Origin: a virus
IMG/VR virus record: IMGVR_UViG_3300034101_001153
Coordinates: 32,177 to 96,176 of that record
Length of the DNA stretch: 64,000 nt
Strand: one strand, 5' to 3'
The notes under the pieces: model-generated
Database searches by the model: none
The model's input: the letters and a program-made list of their open reading frames with translations, nothing else
Told to the model about the DNA's origin: nothing
Program-made: the position numbers and the translations under genes
Shown here: one piece after another, positions 7,911-18,311 of the stretch
Layout of the letters: every line of letters begins with the position of its first letter
Numbering within the stretch: the stretch's first letter is position 1

Positions 7911-8475
7911 TGTTCACCAACTTATGGTATGCATAGTAGGCAATTCCCATTGCATCACCAGCATCGTGATCTTCAACGTTTATGTTATATTTATTGTTAA
8001 AGTAGTCCATAGTTTTTTGCTTACGCATTTCTCTAGCCTTATTACGATACCATGAATCTGACTTGCCTGGAAAGTCTTTTCTCAAATTATCTTTTTCTAC
8101 TTTAGTAAAGTTTTTATTTCCAATAAATGGCTGCCATGCACTTGGAGGAACAGTGACAATCATATCTTTTCTCCAAGCCAACGCGGACACAACGGAGCCA
8201 ACAATCATTGCCATCTTAATTGCAACATCTTGAGATTTAACCATAATTGCAGACTCAATGCATATGTAGTCTACAGATAGCAAATCTTTATTCGCCGCGA
8301 CCTTTTGATGCGCGTCAATTATTTTGTCATGAATAGTAGCACCATAAAAGTTTATCTTTCCCCACTTTATTGGCTTTTCGTCAAAGATGCAGAAAGCCAG
8401 AGAAGTAGTAGATGAATCTATGCCTAATATTCTATTTGCTCTTGGCTTTGCTAATTTTGCTATTGATGACACCAA
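7903..8475 (-). CDS. ruvC: RuvC-like Holliday junction resolvase
   Basis: ILGIDSST, CIES, HDAGDAMGIA acidic motifs. Confidence 0.85.
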   Translation of the reverse strand: MVSSIAKLAKPRANRILGIDSSTTSLAFCIFDEKPIKWGKINFYGATIHDKIIDAHQKVAANKDLLSVDYICIESAIMVKSQDVAIKMAMIVGSVVSALAWRKDMIVTVPPSAWQPFIGNKNFTKVEKDNLRKDFPGKSDSWYRNKAREMRKQKTMDYFNNKYNINVEDHDAGDAMGIAYYAYHKLVNNG

Positions 8476-8758
8476 GCATCTCCTTAATCTTTATACTATT
8501 ATGATCCTTAGTAGAAATTTCACAGGCACCACATATATTATTAGAATTATATCTGCTTAATTCTTTTGAACAGTTCTGGCATATTCTTATGATTCCAGCG
8601 AGCCGTGCTTTATTTTCATAATATCTTTGCATAATTCTTTTATTAGTGGCTCCACGACAACAAATGTTGTCGCAGTATTTTTGATTCTTTTTTCTACTTT
8701 GAAAATGATTGCCACAAAAACCACATATTTTAAAACTATCGTCAGTCATCCACGCCAA
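8432..8758 (-). CDS. Cys-rich zinc-finger hypothetical protein
   Basis: Four Cys pairs; QKYC motif. Confidence 0.7.
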   Translation of the reverse strand: MAWMTDDSFKICGFCGNHFQSRKKNQKYCDNICCRGATNKRIMQRYYENKARLAGIIRICQNCSKELSRYNSNNICGACEISTKDHNSIKIKEMLGVINSKISKAKSK

Positions 8759-9524
8759 CTTTAAGATTATCTATTTTTAGTGTTCCCTTAGGATCTAAAG
8801 AATTACATTTTTCTAAAACTGGACACCCTTTACATTGCCAAGTTGATTTGGTATATCCACGCTTAGGAAGTTCTCTAGACTTCCATGTTTCATATACATT
8901 AGTCATCCAGTCAAATACGTACCTTATATAGTTTTTATTTTTTTCAGACATTACTACTGGAATTGCCAACAACTCATTGTCATTTTTATTTTCGTAAAGA
9001 AGGAATCCTTCATCGACTCCTTCTACTTCCATATAAATTAAAACCTGTAGCAAGTGGCTATTTGACGGCTGCATTTCTTGTTTTCTAGCAATGAAGTACT
9101 GATCTTTAATTGTTTTAATTTCACCAACAATTTCTTTTCCATCAACTTCCAGGATTATGTCGGCAAATCCACGAATTGGTGGCTTCAGGGATATTATCTC
9201 CCTTTCTTTTTCTTTCAACAGTCCAGCCTTTTCCATTGCAGCCTGAATTCTAGTATGCGAGTCAGTACCATTATCCATAGATGCAATATTCATAGCAGGA
9301 GTATCCTGTGTAAACTCTGTTCCATCGAATGCTATGATCCAGTACCTAGCACAAGTTCCATGCCCATAACCAAGAGTGCTGGGAGCAAAAGAGTTTTTCT
9401 TTTTATATTCCGTAGTGGGTCGCTGATCTTGATAGGAACTATAAATTAGTTTAACTAATTTTTTAGGATCGACAGCGGTATCCTTTGGTCTATTTCTTAT
9501 TGATGATATTAAATTCTTTGCCAT
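8742..9524 (-). CDS. Cas4-like PD-(D/E)XK exonuclease
   Basis: CARY...GFADII...GEIKT...QVLIY...CKGCP...C Fe-S pattern. Confidence 0.85.
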   Translation of the reverse strand: MAKNLISSIRNRPKDTAVDPKKLVKLIYSSYQDQRPTTEYKKKNSFAPSTLGYGHGTCARYWIIAFDGTEFTQDTPAMNIASMDNGTDSHTRIQAAMEKAGLLKEKEREIISLKPPIRGFADIILEVDGKEIVGEIKTIKDQYFIARKQEMQPSNSHLLQVLIYMEVEGVDEGFLLYENKNDNELLAIPVVMSEKNKNYIRYVFDWMTNVYETWKSRELPKRGYTKSTWQCKGCPVLEKCNSLDPKGTLKIDNLKVGVDD

Positions 9525-9859
9525 TAGTATCCTAAATTCATTCTCGCTACGTACTTTAGTGAATCGACAAGTTTGTCAATTGAGTCTTTAAGGGTGTAGT
9601 ACAGATTCTTTTTAATATTGTTAGCAGAACCTGATGGACCCTTTGCTAAAGTAGAATAGTATGTTGCAAGTATACCAAACTTTGCTGATAGTGCCTGCAA
9701 CTTGGCAATTAAAACTACCGCCTGTGTTGATGGAATGTCTGGCTTACTGAATATCTTTACAACTAATGCAAGCGCCTCGTCAACTTCACTATCACTTAAG
9801 AAATCATGAATTTCAGTAAACTCTGATATTTCATTTATCAGATCAATCGTGTTTTCCAT
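9524..9859 (-). CDS. hypothetical protein
   Basis: Translationally coupled ORF. Confidence 0.75.
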   Translation of the reverse strand: MENTIDLINEISEFTEIHDFLSDSEVDEALALVVKIFSKPDIPSTQAVVLIAKLQALSAKFGILATYYSTLAKGPSGSANNIKKNLYYTLKDSIDKLVDSLKYVARMNLGY

Positions 9860-10136
9860 TTTCCACCAACTCCTCTAATTTAGACCATTCAATTACCGCA
9901 AGTCTTGTTTTCCCATCTAAAACTAATAATAATGCTGGATCTTTACTTCTATCTGTTCTTAATGTATCTGTTACTATTTTTGCCCAGGCATCCTGGCTTA
10001 TAGAATATGACTTTGAATATTCTTTAATATCAACAATGAAATTCTCCCAGGTAGCATCTGATTTGGCGTACTGCCCCCTACCTGAATTTTTATGAGCCTT
10101 TCCACCGATTCTTTTAATTTCTGATCTTTCGCTCAT
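9843..10136 (-). CDS. Hjc-like PD-(D/E)XK resolvase/endonuclease
   Basis: E...NSGRG...D...VDIKE motif. Confidence 0.7.
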   Translation of the reverse strand: MSERSEIKRIGGKAHKNSGRGQYAKSDATWENFIVDIKEYSKSYSISQDAWAKIVTDTLRTDRSKDPALLLVLDGKTRLAVIEWSKLEELVENGKHD

Positions 10137-10330
10137 ATTGATGCCTTACCAGGATGACCATTTGAACACACCCAAGTTATAAGCCTTTGTCTTTCATTAA
10201 ACTTTGCTTCATATGAAGTTTCATAGCATCCGTTTTCTGGACAGCCATAACTTCCTTCTATATCAATCAATTCACTATCATGATTTTTAGATTCACTATC
10301 TGTTGAGATAAAACTTTTTGGATCTATCAT
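10133..10330 (-). CDS. small Zn-binding hypothetical protein
   Basis: CPENGC...WVCSNGH. Confidence 0.7.
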   Translation of the reverse strand: MIDPKSFISTDSESKNHDSELIDIEGSYGCPENGCYETSYEAKFNERQRLITWVCSNGHPGKASI

Positions 10331-11334
10331 ATCTTTTCATACACCAACTTAGTTAATTCATCTTTCATGTCAAGATCTTCTCTTGCTCTCGCAACAACAT
10401 TGGCACGACCTTGAATTCTATCTCCAAGAACTGTGTACCATGCTCCACCACGCTCAATAATTCCAAGCATTTCTGCTGTGTCAATTAAATCTGCTGTAGT
10501 GTCAACACCTACATGATCGCCCTGAAAATAGAAGTCATATGATCCAGTAATAAATTGAGGGCCAGTTTTATTATAGTCAATAGTCCAGTTTACTGGTCTT
10601 CCAATTTTTTGTTCTATTAGTTTGTCCCCTACAGATATTTTCCCCTTAATGGACTGGGCCTCCGCCTCGCTTGACCATAGTTTAATGATGGTGCTACTAA
10701 AAAACTTAACTGCCATGCCACCCGTGGGAATATGGCTTGCGTGCATAGTTCCGAATTGATTACGTTGCTGAGAGATAAGAATAAGAAGAGTTTTGTCATT
10801 GACATAGTTAAGCATTTTTACTGCATGTGTCATATCTTTTGCTTCTGCACCAATTTGTTTTGTATCTTGCAGTTGTTTAAGATCGTCAGAATCTTTTTCA
10901 AAATAAATGGCTGGAAGAAGAGCAGAGATAGAATCTACTACTAGCACATCTACACCAGACTTAATAAGTTGTGTACCAATATCGACCATATCATTTATTG
11001 TTTTTGCTGGAGCATAAATAAGTTTTTCTGAATCTACTCCTAATGTTTCTGCCCATTCTGGAGAATAAGATTGTTCTGCATCAATCCAGGCACATAGTTT
11101 TCCATCTTTTTGAGCCTCTGCAATAATTTGTAGGCAAAAGGATGATTTTCCAGCACTCTTATTACCCCATATTAAAACTTGACGACCATATGCTAGTCCA
11201 CCTTTAAGTGCTACGTTCAGCGATAGGCTTGGTGTTTTTAATTTTTGTATTTCTACTTCTGATGCTGCGCCCACCAGTTTTCTTATTTTCGGATCTAGTT
11301 TTGCTAGTACTTCTTCTATCATTATCTCTGTCAT
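10327..11334 (-). CDS. recA: RecA/UvsX recombinase
   Basis: GNKSAGKS, WIDAEQS, LVVDSISAL, TGGMAVKF, GGAWY. Confidence 0.95.
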   Translation of the reverse strand: MTEIMIEEVLAKLDPKIRKLVGAASEVEIQKLKTPSLSLNVALKGGLAYGRQVLIWGNKSAGKSSFCLQIIAEAQKDGKLCAWIDAEQSYSPEWAETLGVDSEKLIYAPAKTINDMVDIGTQLIKSGVDVLVVDSISALLPAIYFEKDSDDLKQLQDTKQIGAEAKDMTHAVKMLNYVNDKTLLILISQQRNQFGTMHASHIPTGGMAVKFFSSTIIKLWSSEAEAQSIKGKISVGDKLIEQKIGRPVNWTIDYNKTGPQFITGSYDFYFQGDHVGVDTTADLIDTAEMLGIIERGGAWYTVLGDRIQGRANVVARAREDLDMKDELTKLVYEKI

Positions 11335-11494
11335 AAAAATGATTCTCCAATATCTCTGCTAAATTCTTAATGTCTTGCTCGCGTGATTTTTTAAGTTTTG
11401 AAATAATAGACAGCATAAGGTTTTCATCATACCCACGGATAACCATCATCATTTCGTCATCTGAGCCGTATAAGAAATATCCTTTTGTTGTCAT
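11204..11494 (-). CDS. hypothetical protein whose C-terminus overlaps recA
   Basis: Fills the 11335-11500 gap. Confidence 0.55.
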   Translation of the reverse strand: MTTKGYFLYGSDDEMMMVIRGYDENLMLSIISKLKKSREQDIKNLAEILENHFYDRDNDRRSTSKTRSENKKTGGRSIRSRNTKIKNTKPIAERST

Positions 11495-11500
11495 AGTATA

Positions 11501-11851
11501 TCATCCACGAACGCCGTGTAGCCGTGGCCTGCTCTTATTAACCCCAGCCTTTCGTTTTACAGCCTTATGAAGCGAATCATATACTTCGCCTGAGAGCCTT
11601 AAACCTTGGTATAAATCAAGGACACGAATGATAATATCGGCTAATTCTTCTACTACAGCGTCCTGTCCCTTAGACTTTCTTAACGCTTCAAGAACTTCAG
11701 TTGCCTCTGAATGAATCATTGCGAGTTGTTTGGCGTAGAAAATAAAATGATCTTCCTTGTCCATACGCAGACGGGCATCCCAAAATCCTTTTTCTACTGC
11801 TGTCTTGTGCAACTCTGATGCTAAACTATCTAAATTCACGAATTTCTCCAC
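11501..11851 (-). CDS. MazG-like NTP pyrophosphohydrolase
   Basis: IHSEATEVLEALRK...EELADIIIR. Confidence 0.88.
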   Translation of the reverse strand: MEKFVNLDSLASELHKTAVEKGFWDARLRMDKEDHFIFYAKQLAMIHSEATEVLEALRKSKGQDAVVEELADIIIRVLDLYQGLRLSGEVYDSLHKAVKRKAGVNKSRPRLHGVRG

Positions 11852-14800
11852 TCAATACTATTAATTGCCATAGTCCCGTCATCTAATTCTTTCATGACTA
11901 CTTTGGCTGACCGCCCAGGTTTCATAGACATACGGGCTTGTGTATATATTTTAGGGAATGCAACAGCAGAAATCAAGGTTTTATCCTCTTCAGATAAAAC
12001 AACATTAGCCATATTATCTCCCTTTTTAGTTTTCCTGCTGGAAAAAGAAACTACAAAGTATTCTCCATCTACAAGAGGTAGATTTGTAGCAGTAATGTAT
12101 CTAGAAAATCCAGTATCTGACTTCTTTAATTCTTCTGGCAATACATATTCTGCAATTCTATTATTACTTACTAAGAATAGATACATTTTGCCAGATTCTA
12201 TTTGAGTATCCTCATCATGGAATATTCCTGCTGTTCCTGTTTTATCAACTACCTCTACTCTTGACCAGCCCTGACCACGCTTAATTGACTTAACCATTGC
12301 AAGAATAATAAATGAGCCGCGCTCAGAGTAGTCGTCTAGACTTTTAATGTACGCATCCAAATACCTTGGAATATCTGCGTTAAACTCTGGAACATTGAGG
12401 TACTCATAAAGATATTCCTTCTCTTGACCAGTCCTTGGGTTGTCATCAAAAGCGAGGGCCCCAATACGATTAAGAACTGCTACCGCCCTACTATTAATTC
12501 CTGATCCCTTAGCAGATGCAATTTCTACAAATTCATCATACGATGAATACGGTCTATTGTCGATAATCTTATTGGCAATATTTTCTGATACATATTTAAT
12601 ATTTCCTAGACCGAATCTAATTGAGTTTCCAGTTATAGCAAAGTCAATTTCTGACTCATTAACATGTGGTAGCAATATCCTAATTCCAATTCTCTTTGCT
12701 TCAATTAGATACTCCGTTCGTGTATCCTTGTCTGATTCATTCTTAAGCAAAGAGTACATAAACTCTAGTGGATAGTAATGCTTTAACCACGCCGTCCAAT
12801 AACTAAGCATCGAATAGGCAACAGCATGACTCTTATTAAACGAGTATCCAGCGTGGGCCTCAAAGTCGTGCCATAGTTTCTCAGCGGCTTCCCTGCTGAT
12901 ATGCTGTGAAGCACCATCAATAAACTTATCCTTGAACTGGTCGAATTCTTTTGCATCCTTTTTCTTTCCAATAATTTTTCTAACCTTGTCTGCTTCTGCC
13001 ATGGTCATTCCACCCAGATGCACACAGGCTTGCATAACTTGCTCTTGGTAAAGAATACACCCATATGTATCCTTAGTAAATTCTTCCATGATTGGGTGTA
13101 TATACTTAATTACCTGACGGCCCTTTTTACGTTTAATGTAGGCTGCGCCAATTGTATTCATAGCACCAGGACGAACAAGAGCATTAGAGGCAGCAAGTTC
13201 ATCAAAATTACTAATACCCATCTTAAGAATTAGATTCGTATACGGAGCGGCTTCTGCTTGGAATATTCCCTTGGTATGCCCAGCAGAGATATCTGCAAAT
13301 ACTTCTGGATCATTCAAGGCAATAGAGTTTAGGTCTATATCCTTATCGGACCTTGACTTAATAATATCTAAGGCGTCCTTGATTACTGTTAGAGTCTTAA
13401 GTCCAAGGGCATCAATTTTAATAAGACCAATCTCCGCTGCCTGATCCATGTCAACTGCTACGACAGGAATTCTTCCATCGCTCTGAGTATCTTTCCTAGT
13501 TTCGATTGGTGCTATCTGACTCAATGGAATTTTTGATGTAACAATGCCTGCTGCATGTACCCCTGTCCCACGAATCCTTCCACGCAACTTATCTGCATAC
13601 TCTGCAACATCTGGATACTTATTTCTAAAAGACCTAGTTGTCTCAGAACTAATAAATTCTTCCCAGGTCTCAATATTTTTAAGAGCAGCATTAACATCAG
13701 TTAGTGGAACATTGAATGCGCGAGCAACATCTCTGACGACACCCTTATCCTTAAAGGTCAAGAAGGTGGCGATAGATGCCACATTTTTATATTCATCAAT
13801 AAGGTACTGCTTGACTTCTGAGCGACGACGATCTTCATAGTCTACGTCAATATCTGGGAAGTCATTTCTTTCTGGATTAATGAATCGAAAGAACAACAAG
13901 CCATGCTCAATTGGATCTACCTCTGTAATACCCAATACATAACATACTAAACTACCAGCGGCAGAACCTCTTCCTGGGCCAACCAATATTCCATTTTCTT
14001 TAGCCCACCTAATCATATTTCCTACAATAATAAAGTATGAAGAAAAGTTCTTTGACTTAATAATAGAAAGTTCTTCGTTTAGTCTCTCTCTGTACTCCAG
14101 ATTATTAAATAATCCACGGCTCTTAAGTCCAGCAATAGCCATATTTTCAAGTTGCTCGTCGGGGCTTGAATGGTTTATGGGAAGTAGGTCTAAGTTTTCC
14201 TTACGCTTATAGTCTGACACCTTATCAGAAATCTCAACGCTGTTCTCGTACAAGTCGTCACGATAAATTCCCTGCGCTTCCATTCTTGTCTTAACGTCAG
14301 CAAAGTCCATGAGCCAGATATCTAAATCTTTAAATGACATTTGACGATCCCCATACAGATAGTTTAGTCTTTCAATAACATCACTAATCTTCTTGCTGCC
14401 GTCAAACGTGGAGTCTTTTTGAATCTTTGGGTGAGTCCCAAGGATAAGCATGATTTCCTCTGCTATACGATCCTTTGGTGATGCGTAATGACAATCTAAG
14501 GTAACAGTTGATTTAATACTTAAAGAGTCTGCTAGTTCTAGCAATGCCTTGTTTAATTCTGCTGGATTGTGTGGCTGCAATTCCATATAAAAGTCATCAC
14601 CGAATGTATCCTTGAACCATAGGGCATGTTGCTTTGCAATACCAAGATTTCCATTCTCAATGGCCTTAGCAATAATTCCATTCATGCAACCAGACAGCAC
14701 AACAAGATCATTGTTATATTTTTCTAGAAGTTCAAAGTCCATTCGTGGCTTCAAGAAGAAGCCTTCTTCCCAGGCTAGTTCAGACAGCCTTCCAAGATTA

Positions 14801-15105
14801 GAAAGACCATTATCATTCTTTGCAAGAATAATTAGGTGATTGTAAATTTGATCGTCAGGAGTCCTGTCCTTCTTGGATCTCTTATCCAATCTATCTGGAG
14901 TAAAGTATGCCTCAAGTCCAAGTATAGGCTTGATCCCCGTTTCTTCTCCAGCCTTTAAAAGTTCCATGTGTGCGCTCAGAGAGCCGTGATCTGTAATAGA
15001 AAGAGCGCTCATGCCAATTTCTTGGGCTCTTTTCATAAGTTCTAATGGAGAAGAAAATCCATCTAGAAGTGAATAGTAAGAATGTGAATGATGATTATGA
15101 AACAT
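11836..15105 (-). CDS. dnaE: DNA polymerase III alpha subunit
   Basis: PHP motifs HSHS/TDHG, GRGSAAGS, PDIDVD, YSFNKSH; C-terminal OB folds. Confidence 0.97.
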   Translation of the reverse strand: MFHNHHSHSYYSLLDGFSSPLELMKRAQEIGMSALSITDHGSLSAHMELLKAGEETGIKPILGLEAYFTPDRLDKRSKKDRTPDDQIYNHLIILAKNDNGLSNLGRLSELAWEEGFFLKPRMDFELLEKYNNDLVVLSGCMNGIIAKAIENGNLGIAKQHALWFKDTFGDDFYMELQPHNPAELNKALLELADSLSIKSTVTLDCHYASPKDRIAEEIMLILGTHPKIQKDSTFDGSKKISDVIERLNYLYGDRQMSFKDLDIWLMDFADVKTRMEAQGIYRDDLYENSVEISDKVSDYKRKENLDLLPINHSSPDEQLENMAIAGLKSRGLFNNLEYRERLNEELSIIKSKNFSSYFIIVGNMIRWAKENGILVGPGRGSAAGSLVCYVLGITEVDPIEHGLLFFRFINPERNDFPDIDVDYEDRRRSEVKQYLIDEYKNVASIATFLTFKDKGVVRDVARAFNVPLTDVNAALKNIETWEEFISSETTRSFRNKYPDVAEYADKLRGRIRGTGVHAAGIVTSKIPLSQIAPIETRKDTQSDGRIPVVAVDMDQAAEIGLIKIDALGLKTLTVIKDALDIIKSRSDKDIDLNSIALNDPEVFADISAGHTKGIFQAEAAPYTNLILKMGISNFDELAASNALVRPGAMNTIGAAYIKRKKGRQVIKYIHPIMEEFTKDTYGCILYQEQVMQACVHLGGMTMAEADKVRKIIGKKKDAKEFDQFKDKFIDGASQHISREAAEKLWHDFEAHAGYSFNKSHAVAYSMLSYWTAWLKHYYPLEFMYSLLKNESDKDTRTEYLIEAKRIGIRILLPHVNESEIDFAITGNSIRFGLGNIKYVSENIANKIIDNRPYSSYDEFVEIASAKGSGINSRAVAVLNRIGALAFDDNPRTGQEKEYLYEYLNVPEFNADIPRYLDAYIKSLDDYSERGSFIILAMVKSIKRGQGWSRVEVVDKTGTAGIFHDEDTQIESGKMYLFLVSNNRIAEYVLPEELKKSDTGFSRYITATNLPLVDGEYFVVSFSSRKTKKGDNMANVVLSEEDKTLISAVAFPKIYTQARMSMKPGRSAKVVMKELDDGTMAINSIEWRNS

Positions 15106-15121
15106 ACCTCTCCAAATAGTA

Positions 15122-15163
15122 GTGGGCGGTAAGAGTATATCCTACCGCCCACCCCCCAGTCAA
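15122..15163 (-). promoter_or_regulatory. dnaE promoter TTGACT-18-TATACT, with the -10 in the loop of a 10-bp inverted repeat
   Basis: GTGGGCGGTA-ggatatactct-TACCGCCCAC. Confidence 0.65.
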
Positions 15164-15167
15164 TGAA

Positions 15168-15824
15168 TTACCACTCAACTGCTGCTGATGTAGACGTATC
15201 AACATCTACACCCATGTAGAACGCTTCTTGATCTGGATATGAGATATTACGAATTGCAACCTTGTCAAGTTCGTACACCTCAATGCCTGACCAATCAAAC
15301 TTCTCAGAGTCGGTGGCGAGAGGAATAAGAGCGTACATTGTCTGAGTTCCTGTTCCCGTCCTCTTAAGTCTCCAAGTAAGGTTGGAGATTGAGTTTGTAT
15401 CTGCTGCATACTCTACGAGCATATTGGTCGTAGGAGACTTGGAACTAACTCCTTGTGACCATACTGATGTGTAATGGTCGCCAGTTCCATCATCTACTAG
15501 AACATTGCAGTAAAATCGTAGGCGAGACTTCCATCCAGCCTTTGGATCTTTACGATGCATTTCGCACCCAAAACAACGACCCTCATCGTCTAGTGTACAA
15601 ACCGCTTTACGTCGATAATCCTTTGGATTAGTATGCTCTGCAACAACAATTGCTAGACCACGCTTTTCATCATAGTTTGGTGAGTCTGGATCGATTTCAT
15701 TAATAAATCTAATCTTAACGCTCTGACCGTCTTCTACCTTAAGCCAGCGAGCGCGTGGTGCGTCATCCATAATTGGGCGCTCCATCTTCTTTTTAATTCC
15801 TGCCAGTCCTGTAATAACACCCAT
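15168..15824 (-). CDS. ssb: phage single-stranded DNA-binding protein
   Basis: gp32-like pattern: KIRF, Zn ligands H...C...CFGC, KRTGTGTQTMY, acidic tail ending in W. Confidence 0.75.
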   Translation of the reverse strand: MGVITGLAGIKKKMERPIMDDAPRARWLKVEDGQSVKIRFINEIDPDSPNYDEKRGLAIVVAEHTNPKDYRRKAVCTLDDEGRCFGCEMHRKDPKAGWKSRLRFYCNVLVDDGTGDHYTSVWSQGVSSKSPTTNMLVEYAADTNSISNLTWRLKRTGTGTQTMYALIPLATDSEKFDWSGIEVYELDKVAIRNISYPDQEAFYMGVDVDTSTSAAVEW

Positions 15825-15871
15825 AATATTTCCTCCTAATATTTGACCCTATACATGAGCCGATATAGTTA

Positions 15872-16825
15872 TTATACCTCAATAGTTTTACTGCCGCAAG
15901 CCTTTTCCCACATTTGCATAATTTCATTGTCTTCCAGATCACCTATATCCTTTACGCTTCCTACGTCCATAATAACTATATCTTTAGATGATAAAGAAGA
16001 GTTAGCCTTCTCCACCATTCTTTTCCCAGCGTCATCTTTATCTGGACAAAGGATAATTCTATTTGCATATTTATTCAATAGTGCCAGTTGATTTTTTGTA
16101 ATTCCAGCACCAAGAGTAGCAACAGATGGTATGCCCAACTGCCACATTCTTATACTATCAAAACTTGATTCCAGCACTACTATGTTTTTTAGTTTTGATC
16201 TATTAAGATTAAATAGCACATGTTTTTTTGGAAGACTTGTTGAGTTTTTGAAAACCTTACCTTCTACTGATCTACCAACGAATCCAACGTACATTCCATA
16301 TTGATCTTGTACAGGAACAGTAACCATATCCTGTTTAATAGAATACCCAAGTTTCATCTCAATAACGGCATCCATATATATGCTTCTAGATTTAAAATAG
16401 TCCAGGGCACGTTGATCCTTTAAAAGAGATTTGTGCAGTCTATTGATTACTTCTACATCAAACTCTTTAAGTTCATCGTCTGGAGGAGAATTTAATTTGT
16501 TCTCAACTATATCTAATATATTAACTGTAGCAGATGCCGACTGAATTACTCTTGATGCCTCAAAGAAGTTTCTATTGGTTGTTTTCATTACTAGGTCGGT
16601 GATGTTTCCATTCTCACCGCATGAGAAGCAAATATAAAGACCACTAGATTTATCAATTTCACAGGCTGGTGTATTTACATTATAGTGAAATGGACAGAAC
16701 AATAGATAATGAGTGTCAATCTCTCCACCGACCCTAATATTACAGGTGGATAGAATGCTTCTTATTTGTTCTTCTGAGTAGAATTCTTTGGTATTAGTTT
16801 GTTTAGCGAAACCCCGTGATAGCAT
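15872..16825 (-). CDS. dnaG: DNA primase
   Basis: CHC2 finger CPFH...CFSC; TOPRIM ESSFD, PDKDDAG. Confidence 0.92.
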   Translation of the reverse strand: MLSRGFAKQTNTKEFYSEEQIRSILSTCNIRVGGEIDTHYLLFCPFHYNVNTPACEIDKSSGLYICFSCGENGNITDLVMKTTNRNFFEASRVIQSASATVNILDIVENKLNSPPDDELKEFDVEVINRLHKSLLKDQRALDYFKSRSIYMDAVIEMKLGYSIKQDMVTVPVQDQYGMYVGFVGRSVEGKVFKNSTSLPKKHVLFNLNRSKLKNIVVLESSFDSIRMWQLGIPSVATLGAGITKNQLALLNKYANRIILCPDKDDAGKRMVEKANSSLSSKDIVIMDVGSVKDIGDLEDNEIMQMWEKACGSKTIEV

Positions 16826-17073
16826 TTTGCCTTAGCCCTTCCTACAAATACTCCGTGCATTGATAGCAGAAATTGATATCCACCATCATCATCATATTCT
16901 AGACTAAAAGCAGGCTCTATGTCAAAGTGTGGAACATATCCTTTTGAGTTCATTATGCTAACTAAGCCATGTTCAAATCGGGAACGAATCGACGGGATGT
17001 TAGCATCACTATCTATCTTTCCATCTATTTGGAACATTACTATTTTTTTATGACCTACAAAGTTGTTATCCAC
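16762..17073 (-). CDS. hypothetical protein (leaderless)
   Basis: TGATATAAT 6 nt before GTG start. Confidence 0.75.
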   Translation of the reverse strand: MDNNFVGHKKIVMFQIDGKIDSDANIPSIRSRFEHGLVSIMNSKGYVPHFDIEPAFSLEYDDDGGYQFLLSMHGVFVGRAKAKCYHGVSLNKLIPKNSTQKNK

Positions 17074-17090
17074 AAAACAATTATATCAAG

Positions 17091-18311
17091 TTAAGACAAA
17101 TCGTTATACTCTTTAAACCTGCCAGAGTCAAAGTCTGCTACTAGAATAAAGTCTCCTAGATAGCCATTTCTATTCTTTCTAAATGCCGCCTCAATAGCGT
17201 CACTGTTTTGCTTTCTACCCAACGCTAAAACAAAGTCCGCATCGTATGCAATTTGTTTTGACCATGCAACCTGTCCCAACTGTGGTACTGATTCTAGGTC
17301 TGATGCATCATCTGGTGTAGCAGATGCAATAGCAATTACTGGAAGTTCATGTTGAATCGCAAGCATTTTAAGTTCTCTTGAAAGATTCTTAATCTTTACA
17401 GTTTCATTGCTAGTGGTTCCAGAGTTATCACTCATCAACTGTAGATAGTCAATAAATACAATGTCTGGCTTGTACTGTTCTATCTTAGATGCAATAAGAT
17501 TAGGTGTCGTTTCTGATCCAATCTCATTAGAAATGATTTTAAATGGCGGCTTATTCTTTAGTTCGCTATCGGCCCACTGCCTAAAATCATCTTCATTAAG
17601 TCTTCCTGCGCTCATAGCGCGGTGAGAAAATTTACCATTGCCAAGGATTGTAAAAATTCTATTGCGTACTTCATGCTCAGTCATTTCTAGGCTAATGACC
17701 ATTGGAGTTCTTCCAACTTTCCACGCCTGTACTGCAAAGTACAAAGATAGCCAAGACTTACCAATTGCTGGGTATGCCAGAAGCACACCTAGTTGACCCT
17801 TTGATATCCCCATTGGAAGACATGCATCAAACGCCGCAATGTTGGTTTTAATACCTACACAACCAGTCTCAGCAGACTCTCGTAGTTTTTCAAAATAAGA
17901 TATGGCATCATCTACATCTGTAACATCGATATCTCTTGATCTTGCCGTAACTCTAGAAATTGTGGAAATGTCTGATGTTAATTCTTTTAGCGCCTTAGCG
18001 GTTTCATTATTCTGTACAAGATTAGCCGCCTTACGCACAGTATTTCTCATTGTTTCATCTAGATATGCTGACCTTAACTTGTCAATATGATAAATTGTTG
18101 GTCCAGCATCTACTGGGTCAAAGTCTCTAAACCTAGTAGCAACTAGTTCTGAATCTGGAATCTGCTTTGTTTGTGAATAGTAATCCTTAATGAATCCCCA
18201 TATATCTTCACAGTACTGAATAAGTTGGTCGGCACCACTATCATACATTGTATGAATATCTTTATTCTTACACAAGGCAGAGATTACCTCTACCTCATCA
18301 CTGTATGCCAT
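17091..18311 (-). CDS. dnaB: DnaB-like replicative helicase
   Basis: AYPAIGKS, ISLEM, FIDYLQL, YDAD, KNRNG. Confidence 0.95.
   Translation of the reverse strand: MAYSDEVEVISALCKNKDIHTMYDSGADQLIQYCEDIWGFIKDYYSQTKQIPDSELVATRFRDFDPVDAGPTIYHIDKLRSAYLDETMRNTVRKAANLVQNNETAKALKELTSDISTISRVTARSRDIDVTDVDDAISYFEKLRESAETGCVGIKTNIAAFDACLPMGISKGQLGVLLAYPAIGKSWLSLYFAVQAWKVGRTPMVISLEMTEHEVRNRIFTILGNGKFSHRAMSAGRLNEDDFRQWADSELKNKPPFKIISNEIGSETTPNLIASKIEQYKPDIVFIDYLQLMSDNSGTTSNETVKIKNLSRELKMLAIQHELPVIAIASATPDDASDLESVPQLGQVAWSKQIAYDADFVLALGRKQNSDAIEAAFRKNRNGYLGDFILVADFDSGRFKEYNDLS

Noticed and set aside
8742-9524. Cas4-like gene as sign of a CRISPR system
   Set aside because: No repeat-spacer array or other cas genes seen; solo Cas4-like nucleases are usual in phage recombination modules
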